Positions 63,390 to 64,000 of a DNA stretch of 64,000 nucleotides are shown here, one piece after another. The notes under the pieces are model-generated. The model had not been told where the DNA came from. It saw nothing but the letters and a program-made list of their open reading frames with translations, and ran no database searches. The stretch is from an uncultured delta proteobacterium. Its GTDB lineage: Bacteria > Desulfobacterota > Desulfobaccia > Desulfobaccales > 0-14-0-80-60-11. The stretch covers positions 992,001 through 1,056,000 of the forward strand of contig CAWETI010000003.1 of the NCBI GenBank assembly GCA_963812015.1, written 5' to 3'. Positions within the stretch are counted from its first letter, which is position 1. Each line of letters begins with the position of its first letter. The position numbers and the translations under genes are program-made.

Positions 63390-63935
63390 ATGGAAAATCT
63401 TGATAAGCCTAAGGGAAGCAATGGGAAAAAAGAAAGGGAGCAGATGAAATCGCTCTCTTTCGGCATGGCCAGCGATATCAGCCGGATGCTGGCGGATCAA
63501 GGTTTTGGTCAAAAGCCCATTGACATCGTGGAAGCCCTGGTCTTCGCCATGTTTATCATCGCCGATACGTATGCTTTGGCCAAACCCGACAAGGACCAGG
63601 CTTTAGAAGTGATCCATGGTTTTTATGACGATATGCAAAGCTATTTCATTCATAAGGTCATCATCGCTGATCATAAAATTGCCGATGCCGCCGAGATTCA
63701 GTCGGTCGCTGATAAATTTTATGATCTCAGCCGAGGCAGATATGCGCAGTATGGGGAAAAATTCAAACAGGATATCTCCGACCCCATAGCCCTGTCATGC
63801 CCGACTACAGTGAGCTATCTGTTGGATAACCTTTTTATCCAGCCCCTCAATCAGGAAGAAAAAATTCACTTGATGGGCCCAGTGTCGGATAAAGTCCTCT
63901 ATTTCTGGGCCGGCTGCGTGCAGAATTTTAAATAG
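63390..63935 (+). CDS. Hypothetical protein
   Basis: Long ORF; likely ATG at 63390 or slightly later, downstream of the MITE. Confidence 0.7.
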   Translation: MENLDKPKGSNGKKEREQMKSLSFGMASDISRMLADQGFGQKPIDIVEALVFAMFIIADTYALAKPDKDQALEVIHGFYDDMQSYFIHKVIIADHKIADAAEIQSVADKFYDLSRGRYAQYGEKFKQDISDPIALSCPTTVSYLLDNLFIQPLNQEEKIHLMGPVSDKVLYFWAGCVQNFK

Positions 63936-64000
63936 ATAATCAATTATAAGTTAGCACGGGTATACTCGCTTTCCGAGCAGGAGCTTGGGAGCGAGGGGAA

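Overview
GC-rich deltaproteobacterial (Desulfobacterota, Desulfobacca-like by gene style; inferred) chromosome segment. About 2.45-28.59 kb is a composite ~26-kb island in comM/yifB. The two comM ends do not rejoin: about 160 codons, including the Walker A motif, are missing. The island carries (i) a capsid-less phage/satellite-like module: HTH, Rep-like protein with 25-bp iterons, a catalytic-domain-only tyrosine recombinase beside a perfect 35-bp palindrome, and a TerL-like ATPase-nuclease; (ii) cargo genes: permease pair, S9 peptidase, IHF-beta, SH3 protein, acyltransferase, a selenocysteine (UGA) DsbA/FrnE protein missed by the ORF track, flavin reductase, katG-perR and PilZ; (iii) an IS3 element that removed the 5' end of the AT-rich large serine integrase. 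The most unusual signal is a family of ~350-bp non-coding repeats between the cargo blocks. They have palindromic cores, a conserved 117-119-bp inter-core segment and one single-core copy, suggesting an undescribed cassette/recombination-site system. The rest is core genome (PBP1A, fumarate hydratase, cstA, budA, larB, hpnI, lysS-lolCE-lolD-bamA-skp-lpxD-fabZ-lpxA-lpxI, phoH-HD-ybeY-pdxJ) with REP/MITE-like palindromes.
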